DNA from: an uncultured Solirubrobacterales bacterium
GTDB taxonomy: Bacteria > Actinomycetota > Thermoleophilia > Solirubrobacterales > Solirubrobacteraceae
Reading direction: 5' to 3'
DNA: 64,000 nucleotides
Assembly: GCA_963832315.1 (NCBI GenBank)
Contig: CAWHTT010000009.1
Location: 14,110-78,109 of the forward strand
The notes under the pieces are model-generated. The model searched no databases. It saw nothing but the letters and a program-made list of their open reading frames with translations, and had not been told where the DNA came from. Position numbers and translations under genes: made by a program. Below, piece after piece: positions 18,427 to 27,430 of this stretch. How positions within the stretch are numbered: position 1 is the first letter of the stretch; each line of letters opens with the position of its first letter.

Positions 18427-20637
18427 GTGCTGAAACTCACACACTGGTGCATCGCCCACCGGGGTCGCGTGTTCCTCGCCTGGCTGGCGATCGCGATCAT
18501 CACCACGGCCATCGCCGGCGCCGCGGGTCGGAATTACGCCACGAATTTCAGCCTGCCGGGTACCGAATCCCAGCGGGCGCTGGATCTACTCAAGCGTGAG
18601 TTCCCCGCCCAGAGCGGCGACGTCGACACGATCGTGTTCCGCGTCGACGGCGGCACGGTGGACTCGCCGCAGGTGCGAACGGCGATCACCAAGCTGCTTG
18701 GCCAGGTGAAGGGCGATCCGCACGTGATCGGCGTGGTGAGCCCGTACGGTCCGGCCGGGGCGGTCGCGATTTCGCGCGACCGGTCGACCGCGTTCGCGAC
18801 GATCAATTACAACAAGCCGGCCAACCTGGTCCCCAACGACGCGGGCAAGCCGGTTCTCGATCAGGTGAACGCCGTCAAGGTGCCCGGGCTGAGCGTGGCC
18901 GCCGGCGGGCAGGTGATCTCCAACGCGCAGGGGTTCTCGGTCGGCCCGGCGACCCTCATCGGCGCGATCGCCGCGCTCGTGATCCTGCTGTTCACGTTCG
19001 GCTCGCTGATCGCGGCCGGGATGCCGCTGATCACCGCCGCTTTTGGGCTGATCACCGGGGTGGCGCTGATCGGGCTGGCCACGCACGTCACCAGCATCCC
19101 GAACGTGTCCACCGACCTGGCGCTGATGATCGGGCTCGGCGTCGGCGTCGACTACGCGTTGTTCATCGTGACGCGCTTCCGCGAGAACTACGTCGAGTTC
19201 GGCGACGTGGAGCGCTCGGTGGTCGAGGCGATGGACACCGCGGGCCGAGCCATCCTGCTCGCTGGCACGACCGTGGTCATCGCCCTGCTGGGCATGTTCG
19301 CCACCGGGGTCAGTTTCCTGTACGGCCTCTCGATCGCGTCGATCCTCGCCGTGCTGATGACTCTCGCGGCGTCGCTCACCGTGCTCCCATCGATGCTGTC
19401 GAAGTACGGACACAGGATCGTGCCGCAGCGGACGGCCGCGGCGGGTCCGGACGAGGTCGATCCGGACGCGCTGGGGAAGGCAAAATCGCACTCGCGCTGG
19501 CGCCAGTGGAGCCGGACGGTTCAGGCAAGGCCCTGGCCGCTGACCCTGCTGTCCCTGGGGGTGATGATTGCGCTGCTGCTCCCGGTCTTCGGCCTGCGTC
19601 TCGAAAGCAGCGACGCTGGCAACGATCCCGCCAACACCAGCACCCGGCATGCGTTCGACCTGCTCGCCGAGGGCTTCGGGCCCGGCTTCAACGGGCCATT
19701 GCTGATCGTGGCCGAGCTTCCGAGCCACAACGCCGCGTCGCTACCGGCCCTCGAGGCGGCCGTCAAGGCATCCCCCAACGTCGTCGCGGTCACGCCTGCG
19801 CGCCTCTCGCCGGCCGGCAACATCGCGGTATTCGAGGCCTATCCCGGGTCGGCGCCACAGGCCGCGGCGACCACCGACCTGGTCAACCACCTCCGCAACA
19901 ACGTGGCTCCCCCGCTGGAGCGCCAGAGCGGGAACACGGTTCTGGTCGGCGGGTTCACGGCCGGCTCGATCGACTTCTCGGACGTACTCGCGGGCAAGCT
20001 GCCGCTGTTCATCGGGATCGTCGTGGTCCTCTCGGCGCTGCTGCTGTTCGTGATGTTCCGATCGATCGTGATCCCGATTCAGGCCGCACTGATGAACCTG
20101 CTGAGCATCGGCGGAGCGATCGGAGTCACCGTGCTCGTGTTCCAGAACGGATGGTTCGCCAGCGTGATCGGCATCGAGAAGGGACCGGTCGAGCCGTGGA
20201 TCCCCGTCCTCATGTTCGCTGTGGTGTTCGGGCTGTCGATGGACTACGAGGTGTTCCTGATCTCACGCGTGCGTGAGCAGTGGATTCGCAAGCGTGACGC
20301 CTCCGAGGCGGTGGCCGACGGGATCGCCCTCACTGGGCGTGTGATCACGGCGGCCGCCGCGATCATGATCTGCGTGTTCCTGTCGTTCATGTTCGGCAAC
20401 CAGCGCGTGCTCAAGGAGTTCGGCTTCGGGCTGGCCGCGGCGGTGCTGCTCGACGCGATCGTCGTGCGCTGCGTGCTGCTCCCCGCCGTGCTCGAGCTGC
20501 TCGGCCCCAGGACGTGGTGGCTGCCGCGGTGGCTCGACCGCCGGCTGCCTCACATCAACATCGAGGGCAAGAGCGCGCACGCCGCGCTCCTGGCCAACGC
20601 AGACGAACAGCTCGAGCGCGAGCCGGCGCAGGTCTAG
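18427..20637 (+). CDS. MMPL-family RND-type transporter
   Basis: Twelve-TM, two-lobe architecture. FSLPGTESQRALDLL and GVGVDYALFIVTRFRE / GLSMDYEVFLISRVRE motifs are typical of MMPL proteins. Confidence 0.85.
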   Translation: MLKLTHWCIAHRGRVFLAWLAIAIITTAIAGAAGRNYATNFSLPGTESQRALDLLKREFPAQSGDVDTIVFRVDGGTVDSPQVRTAITKLLGQVKGDPHVIGVVSPYGPAGAVAISRDRSTAFATINYNKPANLVPNDAGKPVLDQVNAVKVPGLSVAAGGQVISNAQGFSVGPATLIGAIAALVILLFTFGSLIAAGMPLITAAFGLITGVALIGLATHVTSIPNVSTDLALMIGLGVGVDYALFIVTRFRENYVEFGDVERSVVEAMDTAGRAILLAGTTVVIALLGMFATGVSFLYGLSIASILAVLMTLAASLTVLPSMLSKYGHRIVPQRTAAAGPDEVDPDALGKAKSHSRWRQWSRTVQARPWPLTLLSLGVMIALLLPVFGLRLESSDAGNDPANTSTRHAFDLLAEGFGPGFNGPLLIVAELPSHNAASLPALEAAVKASPNVVAVTPARLSPAGNIAVFEAYPGSAPQAAATTDLVNHLRNNVAPPLERQSGNTVLVGGFTAGSIDFSDVLAGKLPLFIGIVVVLSALLLFVMFRSIVIPIQAALMNLLSIGGAIGVTVLVFQNGWFASVIGIEKGPVEPWIPVLMFAVVFGLSMDYEVFLISRVREQWIRKRDASEAVADGIALTGRVITAAAAIMICVFLSFMFGNQRVLKEFGFGLAAAVLLDAIVVRCVLLPAVLELLGPRTWWLPRWLDRRLPHINIEGKSAHAALLANADEQLEREPAQV

Positions 20638-20673
20638 TCGCGGTCACAACCTCGCGGGGCGCGGCGTGCGCGC

Positions 20674-21816
20674 CTACGAGGCGGCGCGGAGCGTGTCTCG
20701 AGGGGCGTCGGCCGCGCCACCGTGACCCCGCGCGCCGGCCGGCGCGCCCGTCCCTGAGTCGCCGTCCGCGCCGGCGTTCCGACGCGGGTAGGCGCGCAGC
20801 GTCCCGATCAGCTCGGGATCCTCGCCCTCGAACGCCATCCACGCCGCGCGCAACCCCTCGGCGCCCGCGGTCTGCAGGACCGAGGCGCGATGCTCGAGCT
20901 GCCCGATCACCACACAGCCGGACGGCGGGCGGATCACGCAGATGGCCGGCGCATGCTCCGGATCAGCCGCCTGCGCTGCCAGCTCGGCGGTGAGCGCGTC
21001 GTAGCGAGGCGACCGGGTCACCCGCAGCTCGACCAGCGCCGGGTTGATCGGCCGCAGGTAGCGATCGGTGAGGCGCGCCACCAGGGGTGAGAGCGGGGTG
21101 TGGGCGACGCCGTGGGCGCGTGTCTGGAGCACGAGCAGGTCGGTGGCGGTTGAACGGGGCACCTCCACCGGGATGGCCTCGGCGAGCGTGGCGTCGAGCA
21201 GGTTCATGCCGCGGAAGCTGACCGGCCCGCCGGCCAGCCAGGGCAGCCGACCCGACGCCCGCAGCGCGCAGCAGATCTCCTCCTGGCTGTGCAGGTCGGT
21301 GAGGTCGACGATCGCCGCCCGATCAGCGTCGGTGGCCGTGCAATGCAGATCGATCCCGCTCGACAGGATGGCCTCGAACCGGAGCGGCCGTTCGCGAATC
21401 CACACGCGGTTGATGACGTGGTCCATGTCGAAGGCCGGACCGCCGCGCAGCGCCCGCGCGAAGCTCACGAACCGCGGATCCCCGAACCCGTACTGATAGA
21501 GCGTGGTCAGGTAGGCGGCCTGTCCGGCGAGCAGGAACGCGGCGTTGAACGCGCCGGCGGAGGCGCCGTGCACCTCGTCGAAAGCGTCCCGTAGGCCGAG
21601 TTGCTCGATCGCCGCCGTCATCCCGGCCGACACCACCCCGCGCATCCCGCCACCCTCGATGACCAGCGCGACCCGGCGCCCGTCGGTGCGCGCCCCCGGG
21701 CGGGAGCCCTCCTCGCGCCGGCGCCGGAGCGTCTGCACCACCGGATGGGCGCGGAGGTCCTCGGTCACCACCGAGGCGGGTCGGAACGGATCGTGGGAGA
21801 AGCGGGGTGGCCTCAC
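20674..21816 (-). CDS. patatin-like phospholipase
   Basis: GGGMRG oxyanion motif and GASAG nucleophile elbow (VALVIEGGGMRGV..VHGASAGAFNA). Confidence 0.8.
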   Translation of the reverse strand: MRPPRFSHDPFRPASVVTEDLRAHPVVQTLRRRREEGSRPGARTDGRRVALVIEGGGMRGVVSAGMTAAIEQLGLRDAFDEVHGASAGAFNAAFLLAGQAAYLTTLYQYGFGDPRFVSFARALRGGPAFDMDHVINRVWIRERPLRFEAILSSGIDLHCTATDADRAAIVDLTDLHSQEEICCALRASGRLPWLAGGPVSFRGMNLLDATLAEAIPVEVPRSTATDLLVLQTRAHGVAHTPLSPLVARLTDRYLRPINPALVELRVTRSPRYDALTAELAAQAADPEHAPAICVIRPPSGCVVIGQLEHRASVLQTAGAEGLRAAWMAFEGEDPELIGTLRAYPRRNAGADGDSGTGAPAGARGHGGAADAPRDTLRAAS

Positions 21817-21854
21817 GGAGCGGCTAATCGTAGAAGCCCCCGGCGGGGTTGGTG

Positions 21855-21951
21855 GCGCCCCGCGAACGGCTGGACCCGCCTTGCCCGTGGGCCGGATCGG
21901 GCGGGCGCCCGCGGACGGCTGGACCCGCCCTGCCCGCGGGCCGGATCGGGC
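21855..21951. repeat. two tandem copies of a ~49-bp unit
   Basis: GGCGCCC(C)GCG(A/G)ACGGCTGGACCCGCC(T/C)TGCCCG(T/C)GGGCCGGATCGGGC occurs twice back to back in the patatin/acyltransferase divergent gap. Confidence 0.7.
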
Positions 21952-22088
21952 GCCGGTCGGCCTCCACCCGCGACCCCGCCGCCCGCCTCGTCAAATCCGT
22001 GTAACGAATGTCACAGGAGGGGGTACCACCCCCGGTAATGCACTTACGCCGTGAGCGCTCCCGCAAGCGCCGAGTCCTCGACGCGGCT

Positions 22089-22143
22089 CGCGCCGCTCCC
22101 GCGCGCGGCCTCGATGTGGCGCGCGCCGCCCCCGCGCGCGGCC
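22089..22143. repeat. 22-bp motif repeated with 33-bp period
   Basis: CGCGCCGC(T/C)CCCGCGCGCGGCC at 22089..22110 and 22122..22143. Confidence 0.65.
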
Positions 22144-22223
22144 GCGAACTTCGCAAAGCCGCTGCACAGCTCGACATTCCGTGGGCGCGGTCCTGGCCCG
22201 CCGGCGTCGTGCGCGGCACGTTC

Positions 22224-22892
22224 ATGCGGCTGGTGCTCGACCCGATCATGGACTACTACGCCGCCCGCCGCGCGACCGGCAAGGAGTGGCTCGAGGGCTT
22301 GAAAGGCCCGGTGATCCTGGTCGCCAACCACGCGAGCCACCTGGACACGCCGGTGATCCTGTCCGCCCTGCCCCGCCGGTTGCGCAAGCGGACCGTGGTG
22401 GCGGCCGCCGCCGACTACTTCTACAAGAACCGGGTGGTCGCCTCGCTCGTGTCGCTGATCTTCAACACGGTCCCGGTCGAGCGCCGCCGGGGGGGCGGGA
22501 TGTCCAAGAACGGCGGTCATCTCGACACGCTGCTCGACCAGGGCTGGAGCCTGCTGCTCTACCCCGAGGGCACCCGCTCGCGCGACGGAATGCCGGGGCC
22601 GCTGCGCCGCGGCGCGGCCGTGCTGGCTGCGGCGCACCACCTGACGATCGTGCCGATCCGGGTGACGGGCACGGCGGAAGCCATGCCTCCGGGGCGGTTC
22701 TGGCCCAAGCGGCTGCGCTCGAAGCCGGTGCCCCGCCGCCACCGCATCGAGGTCTCGTTCGGAGAGCCGATCAGCGCGGCCGGCGACGCCGACGAGGTCA
22801 TGGAGTACGTGCGGACGTTCTTCAAGAACGGCTCGCCGACCCCGTATCGCTCGCCCTACCGTCAGCGCGCGACGGTCAACGGCGAGCACTGA
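22224..22892 (+). CDS. lysophospholipid (1-acyl-sn-glycerol-3-phosphate) acyltransferase family
   Basis: HxxxxD motif (VANHASHLDT) and PEGTRS motif. The start at ATG 22224 is uncertain; an in-frame upstream GTG is possible. Confidence 0.75.
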   Translation: MRLVLDPIMDYYAARRATGKEWLEGLKGPVILVANHASHLDTPVILSALPRRLRKRTVVAAAADYFYKNRVVASLVSLIFNTVPVERRRGGGMSKNGGHLDTLLDQGWSLLLYPEGTRSRDGMPGPLRRGAAVLAAAHHLTIVPIRVTGTAEAMPPGRFWPKRLRSKPVPRRHRIEVSFGEPISAAGDADEVMEYVRTFFKNGSPTPYRSPYRQRATVNGEH

Positions 22893-23046
22893 CGAGCGCC
22901 TGAGTACCCCCGCAGAGAAGCGGGGCGGCAAGGCAACAGCAGCTTGCCCATCTCGGATATCGCGCTACGATGTCGGAGAGCGATATGTGCGTCCGTGTCG
23001 CGTCAAACCTCGGCGACGAACGGGCGCATGGCAAAGGAGGAACGAC

Positions 23047-23328
23047 GTGACGATCAGCGATCACGCACACGTCGAGGCCGAACGGCCATTCCAGCCGGAG
23101 ATCCCGCGGTCGCGGTTTGCTCTGGGCATGGCCCGCTATCCGAGCGACGCAGCGCAGCTACGGCTCGGCAGATTCGCCGACGGTCAGCAGACGCTGTCGA
23201 TCCCAAAGAGCGGCCTGCATCGCGGGCGCTTCAGCGAGGGCCAGGAGTCGCTCGGCGACGCGGATCCCGAGAAGCACATTCGCCGTCGCTTCAGCGAAGG
23301 CATGGAGAAACCACACACGGAAGGATGA
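23047..23328 (+). CDS. small repeat protein (GRF[SA][ED]GQ repeats), function unknown
   Basis: GTG 23047 follows AAGGAGG with a 6-nt spacer. Four roughly 20-aa repeats ending RFALGM / GRFADGQ / GRFSEGQESLGDADPEK / RFSEGME. Paralogous to 26166..26420. Confidence 0.5.
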   Translation: MTISDHAHVEAERPFQPEIPRSRFALGMARYPSDAAQLRLGRFADGQQTLSIPKSGLHRGRFSEGQESLGDADPEKHIRRRFSEGMEKPHTEG

Positions 23329-23344
23329 GTCAGACGCCAGTGCG

Positions 23345-24883
23345 TCACTCGTCGTCGTCGACCCAGTCGACCGTCCGGGCCACAGCCTTCTTCCATTTCC
23401 GGTAGCCGCGCTCGCGGAGCTTGCCGTCCATGCTCGGCATCCACTCCGAAGCCTTGTGCCAGTTCTGCCGGAGGCTGTCGGTGTCCGGCCAGAAGCCCAC
23501 GGCCAGGCCCGCGGTGTACGCCGCCCCGAGCGACACCGTCTCGGACACGTTGGGTCGCATGACCGGCACATCGAGCACGTCGGCGAGGGTCTGCATCAGC
23601 AGGTTGTTCGCGGTCATGCCGCCGTCGACGCGCAGTTCGGACAGCGGGCTGCCGTAATCGGCGTGCATCGCGTCGACCACCTCGCGCGTCTGCCACGCGG
23701 TCGCCTCGAGCACGGCCCGCGCCAGGTGACCGCGCTGGATGTAACCCGTCAGTCCCGTGATCACTCCGCGCGCATCGCTGCGCCAGTGCGGCGCGAACAG
23801 GCCCGAGAACGCCGGGACGAAGTAGCAGCCCCCGTTGTCCTCGACGGTCAGCGCGAGCGTCTCGATCTCGGGGGCGCTGCCGATCAGTCCGATGTTGTCG
23901 CGGAACCACTGCACGAGCGCGCCGGTGACCGCGATCGATCCCTCGAGCGCGTAGGCGGGATCGGCCGACCCGAGCTTGTACCCGAGCGTGGTCAGCAGTC
24001 CGTTGTTCGATGTCACCGGGCGTGCGCCGGTATTGAGCACGAAGAAGCTTCCCGTCCCAAAGGTGCACTTCGCGTCCCCGGGGCTGAAGCAGGTCTGCCC
24101 GACGAGGGCGGCATGCTGGTCGCCGAGCGCCGAGGCCACCGTGACGCCGGCGAGCGGCGGGCCGGCCTCGCCGTAGGCCTCCGAGGAGGCCCGGATCTCC
24201 GGGAGCATCGCCGACGGGATCCCGATCGCGTCCAGCAGCGAGGCGTCCCAGTCCAGCGTGTGCAGGTTCATCAGCAGCGTCCGGCTGGCGTTGGTGACGT
24301 CGGTGACGTGCCGGCCACACAGATTCCAGATCAGCCAGGAGTCGATCGTCCCGAACAGCACCTCGCCTGCCTCGGCCCGCTCTCGCAGGCCCGAGACGTT
24401 GTCGAGCAGCCACCGGATCTTGGGCCCGGAGAAATATGTCGTCACCGGCAACCCGGTCTTCTCTCGGAACATGTCCTGGCCGAATTCGCGCGCCAGTTCC
24501 CGGCAGATGCGGTCGCTCCGTACGTCCTGCCAGTTGATCGCGTTGTGCACCGGCTCACCGGTACTGCGGTCCCACAACACAGTCGTCTCGCGCTGGTTGG
24601 CGATGCCCAGGGCGCACAGATCGTCCGCGGACAGGTCGGCCTTGTCGAGCGCCACCCGGCAGACGAGCAGCACGTTTCGCCAGATCTCCTGCGGATCGTG
24701 CTCGACCCACCCCGGCTTTGGAAAGTACTGGTGGTGCTCCTGCTGCGCGACCGACACGATTCGGGCCCGGTCGTCGAACACGAGACACCTCGACGATGCC
24801 GTACCCTGGTCGATCGAGGCCACGTATCGCCCAGTGATGCTCACGCCGCGGCGATCATCGCACACCCGCCCGCACGGGCCCAA
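23345..24883 (-). CDS. glpK: glycerol kinase (copy 1)
   Basis: [29 protein letters not shown] and the rest of the FGGY-kinase glycerol kinase sequence. An alternative GTG start at 24844 ([10 protein letters not shown]) fits family length better. Confidence 0.9.
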   Translation of the reverse strand: MGPCGRVCDDRRGVSITGRYVASIDQGTASSRCLVFDDRARIVSVAQQEHHQYFPKPGWVEHDPQEIWRNVLLVCRVALDKADLSADDLCALGIANQRETTVLWDRSTGEPVHNAINWQDVRSDRICRELAREFGQDMFREKTGLPVTTYFSGPKIRWLLDNVSGLRERAEAGEVLFGTIDSWLIWNLCGRHVTDVTNASRTLLMNLHTLDWDASLLDAIGIPSAMLPEIRASSEAYGEAGPPLAGVTVASALGDQHAALVGQTCFSPGDAKCTFGTGSFFVLNTGARPVTSNNGLLTTLGYKLGSADPAYALEGSIAVTGALVQWFRDNIGLIGSAPEIETLALTVEDNGGCYFVPAFSGLFAPHWRSDARGVITGLTGYIQRGHLARAVLEATAWQTREVVDAMHADYGSPLSELRVDGGMTANNLLMQTLADVLDVPVMRPNVSETVSLGAAYTAGLAVGFWPDTDSLRQNWHKASEWMPSMDGKLRERGYRKWKKAVARTVDWVDDDE

Positions 24884-24890
24884 CGATCGA

Positions 24891-25415
24891 TCAGGCCGGC
24901 CCGTACCGAGACCACACGTTGGCGGCGCGGGTCAGTGTCTTCTTTGGCCTGAGGGCGGGCGCGAGCACCTCTCCGTGCTCCAGAGCGACCGCCTTCAGCG
25001 ACCGGTGGGGCACCGCCGGCACCCCGACGAGCTCAGCAGCTTCGACCACGGCGCGCCGCTTGCGCCCACGCGAGAAAGGCAGCTCGAGGGCGACGATCCG
25101 CGCGTGCTCGCCGCGCATCCCGTATATGTGCGCCTCGATCCGGCCCCAGACGACGACTGCGCCGCCGATCAGGTCGGGCGTCGCGGCCGATGCGGTTCTC
25201 GGGCACGGGTCGTAGTAGGCGTACACGCCGCAGCTGCAATCCTTGGCCGGCACGTCATGCCCCCGGGCGCATCGAGCGGTCAGGCGACCGCCCGTCCAGT
25301 CCGCGCCGTCGTAGACCGAGGTGAGCGTTCCCCCTGTAAGGCGCCATTGGCGAAAGCCTATGAGAGCGACGACCAGGTCCGGCGCGAGGTCGTGCGCGCC
25401 GTCGAGAGCGTTCAT
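24891..25415 (-). CDS. conserved hypothetical protein (Cys/His-containing)
   Basis: 174-aa ORF with normal composition, immediately upstream of and co-oriented with glpK copy 1. Motifs GFRQWRL and CSCGVYAY. No family recognised. Confidence 0.5.
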   Translation of the reverse strand: MNALDGAHDLAPDLVVALIGFRQWRLTGGTLTSVYDGADWTGGRLTARCARGHDVPAKDCSCGVYAYYDPCPRTASAATPDLIGGAVVVWGRIEAHIYGMRGEHARIVALELPFSRGRKRRAVVEAAELVGVPAVPHRSLKAVALEHGEVLAPALRPKKTLTRAANVWSRYGPA

Positions 25416-25767
25416 CGCGCCTGGGACCGCTCGCTCATCGTCGCGATGACGAATCGCTAGCGCACCGGGGCTGGCTCCCGCTGAGGCGCCCGAGCGGGCT
25501 CGCGGTCGGGGGCCGGCTCCGAAGGATCCGGTGTAACCGCTGGCGGTCGTGGTTGAGTCGCCGGAACGCGGAGCGGCTCGACGATGATGGTACGAGACGG
25601 ACCGTCGAGCGAACCAGCGGGCGGACGGGATACGGTGTGTCGGTGCACGGTCGTTCTCCAGAATGCTGGCAGGCTGTCTCTTGAGAAAGCCTAGCCCAGA
25701 GCTCCAGGGACGTCGATGCGCAGCATCGCGAACGACGCCGGCCGCCGGCTGCTAGGAACCCGCCGCG

Positions 25768-26145
25768 GTGTCACCCCTGTTCCGACGGAGCGAGGAGAAG
25801 GCCGCACAGAAGGCCGCAGCCAAGCAGGAGATTGAGCGCCTCCGGGCGCTGAGTGTCGACGATCTGGCCGCGGATCTGCTGCCCGGGTTAGGACCGGATG
25901 GCCCCACCCACGGGACCAGCGTGTGGCCTCAGCAGCTGTGCCAATACCTCCTGAGGGACTACCCCGGCGCCGGGCGGATGGCCACCCTAGAGCTCATGGC
26001 ACGGGTCAATAGGGCGCTCGACACGCTCGACGACGCGGGGCTCGTCCGGACGATCTCGGTTCAGCGAACGCCCCTGTGGCAAATCACGTCGCTCGGCGAA
26101 CGCGTGCTCGCTGAGGGGACGGTGCGTGAGCGCCTAGCGAGATAG
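25768..26145 (+). CDS. hypothetical protein
   Basis: 125-aa ORF (GTG start) with protein-like composition and no overlapping better ORF. No recognisable domain. Confidence 0.4.
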   Translation: MSPLFRRSEEKAAQKAAAKQEIERLRALSVDDLAADLLPGLGPDGPTHGTSVWPQQLCQYLLRDYPGAGRMATLELMARVNRALDTLDDAGLVRTISVQRTPLWQITSLGERVLAEGTVRERLAR

Positions 26146-26165
26146 CCGGACGCGGCGGGGCGAGC

Positions 26166-26420
26166 CTACTCGTCGTCCTGGCCCTCATCGAACCGGCCCT
26201 GGACATGCTTCTCGGGATCCTCGTCGCCTAGCTCCTCCTGTCCCTCGCTGAACCGGCCCTTCTGGCGCTTCTCGGGATCCTCCTCGCCTAGCTCCTCCTG
26301 TCCCTCGCTGAACCGGCCGACGCGCACCTCCTCGGGGTCGGTGTCATCCGCTTGGCCCTCCGCAAAGCCGCCTTCGAACGGCTGCTCGGGGTCGGCCGTG
26401 TGGTCTCGCTCCTCGGGCAT
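26166..26420 (-). CDS. small acidic repeat protein (GRFSEGQEELG-x-EDPEK repeats), function unknown
   Basis: 84 aa with four tandem roughly 20-aa repeats, encoded by a 60-bp-period DNA repeat. Paralogue of 23047..23328. Confidence 0.55.
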   Translation of the reverse strand: MPEERDHTADPEQPFEGGFAEGQADDTDPEEVRVGRFSEGQEELGEEDPEKRQKGRFSEGQEELGDEDPEKHVQGRFDEGQDDE

Positions 26421-26485
26421 GTGGTCTCTCCTTATCGTGCCGCTATCAGTATCAGCCTACCCGCGACGCGGCCGTGGATAGTGCT

Positions 26486-27250
26486 CTACCAGGGGATCGC
26501 CCCGAGCTCGCGCGAGACGGCGCGCGCACCCTCTCGTACGTACGCCAGCAGGTCCCCGCGTGGCTGCCGCGCCGCCAGCAGCCGCTCGGGCGGACCGAAT
26601 ATCCCCATCGCGCCGACGGTCATACCCCGGCGATCGACGATCGGTGCGGCGTAGGAGACCTGCCCCGGCACGAGCTCCCCGATGTCGGACGCCCAGCCCT
26701 GCGCCCGGACCCTGGCCAGCTCGCGCTCGAGCCGGGCCGGATCGGTGATCGTCGCGTCGGTGTAGATCTCCAGCCCGTTTGCCGCTATGGACGAGGCGAC
26801 GTACGGGTGATGGGCGAGCAACACCTTGCCCAGCGCCGTGGCGTGGGCGGGCAGGAGCGTGCCCACGTCGAGCGTCTGGAGGGTGTCGTCGGGCCGGAAC
26901 ACGTGATGTACGACGAGGACCTGCTCATCGTGCAGCGTCCCGATCCGCACCGCCTCGCGCGTGCGTGTAGCCAGGGAATCGGACCAGTTGAGCGCGCGGG
27001 TGCGAAGCTCGTTGCCGTCGAGATAGCTCGAGCCCATGTGCAGGAGCGCGGCGCCGAGCTTGTACTTCCCGGTCTCCGAGTCCTGCTCGACGAAGCCGAC
27101 GCTCTGCAGCGTCCGGAGCAGTCCGTGGACCGTTCCTTTCGGGAGCCCCATCTCGCCCGCGATGTCCACCACCCCGAGCCTCCGGTTGCGCCCTGAAAGC
27201 AGCCGCAGGATCGTCGCGGCGCGTTCGATGGACTGAATGTTCCCAGGCAA
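26486..27250 (-). CDS. IclR-family transcriptional regulator (GylR-like position next to glpF)
   Basis: IQSIERAATILRLL winged-helix N-terminus and an IclR effector domain. Divergent from the glpF operon, as in actinobacterial gyl loci. TTG start. Confidence 0.85.
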   Translation of the reverse strand: MPGNIQSIERAATILRLLSGRNRRLGVVDIAGEMGLPKGTVHGLLRTLQSVGFVEQDSETGKYKLGAALLHMGSSYLDGNELRTRALNWSDSLATRTREAVRIGTLHDEQVLVVHHVFRPDDTLQTLDVGTLLPAHATALGKVLLAHHPYVASSIAANGLEIYTDATITDPARLERELARVRAQGWASDIGELVPGQVSYAAPIVDRRGMTVGAMGIFGPPERLLAARQPRGDLLAYVREGARAVSRELGAIPW

Positions 27251-27362
27251 CTCTCCGGCGCGGCGGCTCCCCGCGCTACCGCCCCGAGTTGGAAGCGCGC
27301 ACTGCGGTGGATGAAACTTCGCTTGTCATTGCCGAACCCCGTCTCAAGAATGCCAACTTAGT

Positions 27363-27392
27363 TTGACATTGTCGAACGGGTGTGATTAGGAT
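27363..27392 (+). promoter_or_regulatory. candidate sigma70-type promoter for the glpF operon
   Basis: TTGACA (27363..27368), 18-nt spacer, TAGGAT (27387..27392), about 39 nt upstream of the glpF TTG start. It overlaps one of two direct repeats TTG(T/A)CATTG(C/T)CGAAC. Confidence 0.35.
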
Positions 27393-27430
27393 CGGCTGTT
27401 CTTTAGTCCATTTGAGGAGGGAGACGGGAA

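Noticed and set aside
21855-22143. Tandem repeats considered as a possible CRISPR array. The repeats at 2302..2414, 26185..26330 and 50163..50266 were considered likewise.
   Set aside because: Only two to four copies each. There are no unique spacers of regular length, no cas genes, and several lie inside coding sequence or are dyads.
23117-24952. 611-aa plus-strand ORF antisense to glpK copy 1.
   Set aside because: Arg-rich mirror frame of a strongly conserved glycerol kinase. No recognisable motifs.
25457-25648. 63-aa Pro-rich ORF upstream of the Cys/His hypothetical gene.
   Set aside because: The composition (PPAGS..PRPPAVTPDPSEPAPDREPARAP) is low-complexity and I see no convincing ribosome-binding site. 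It could be real, but I cannot support it.
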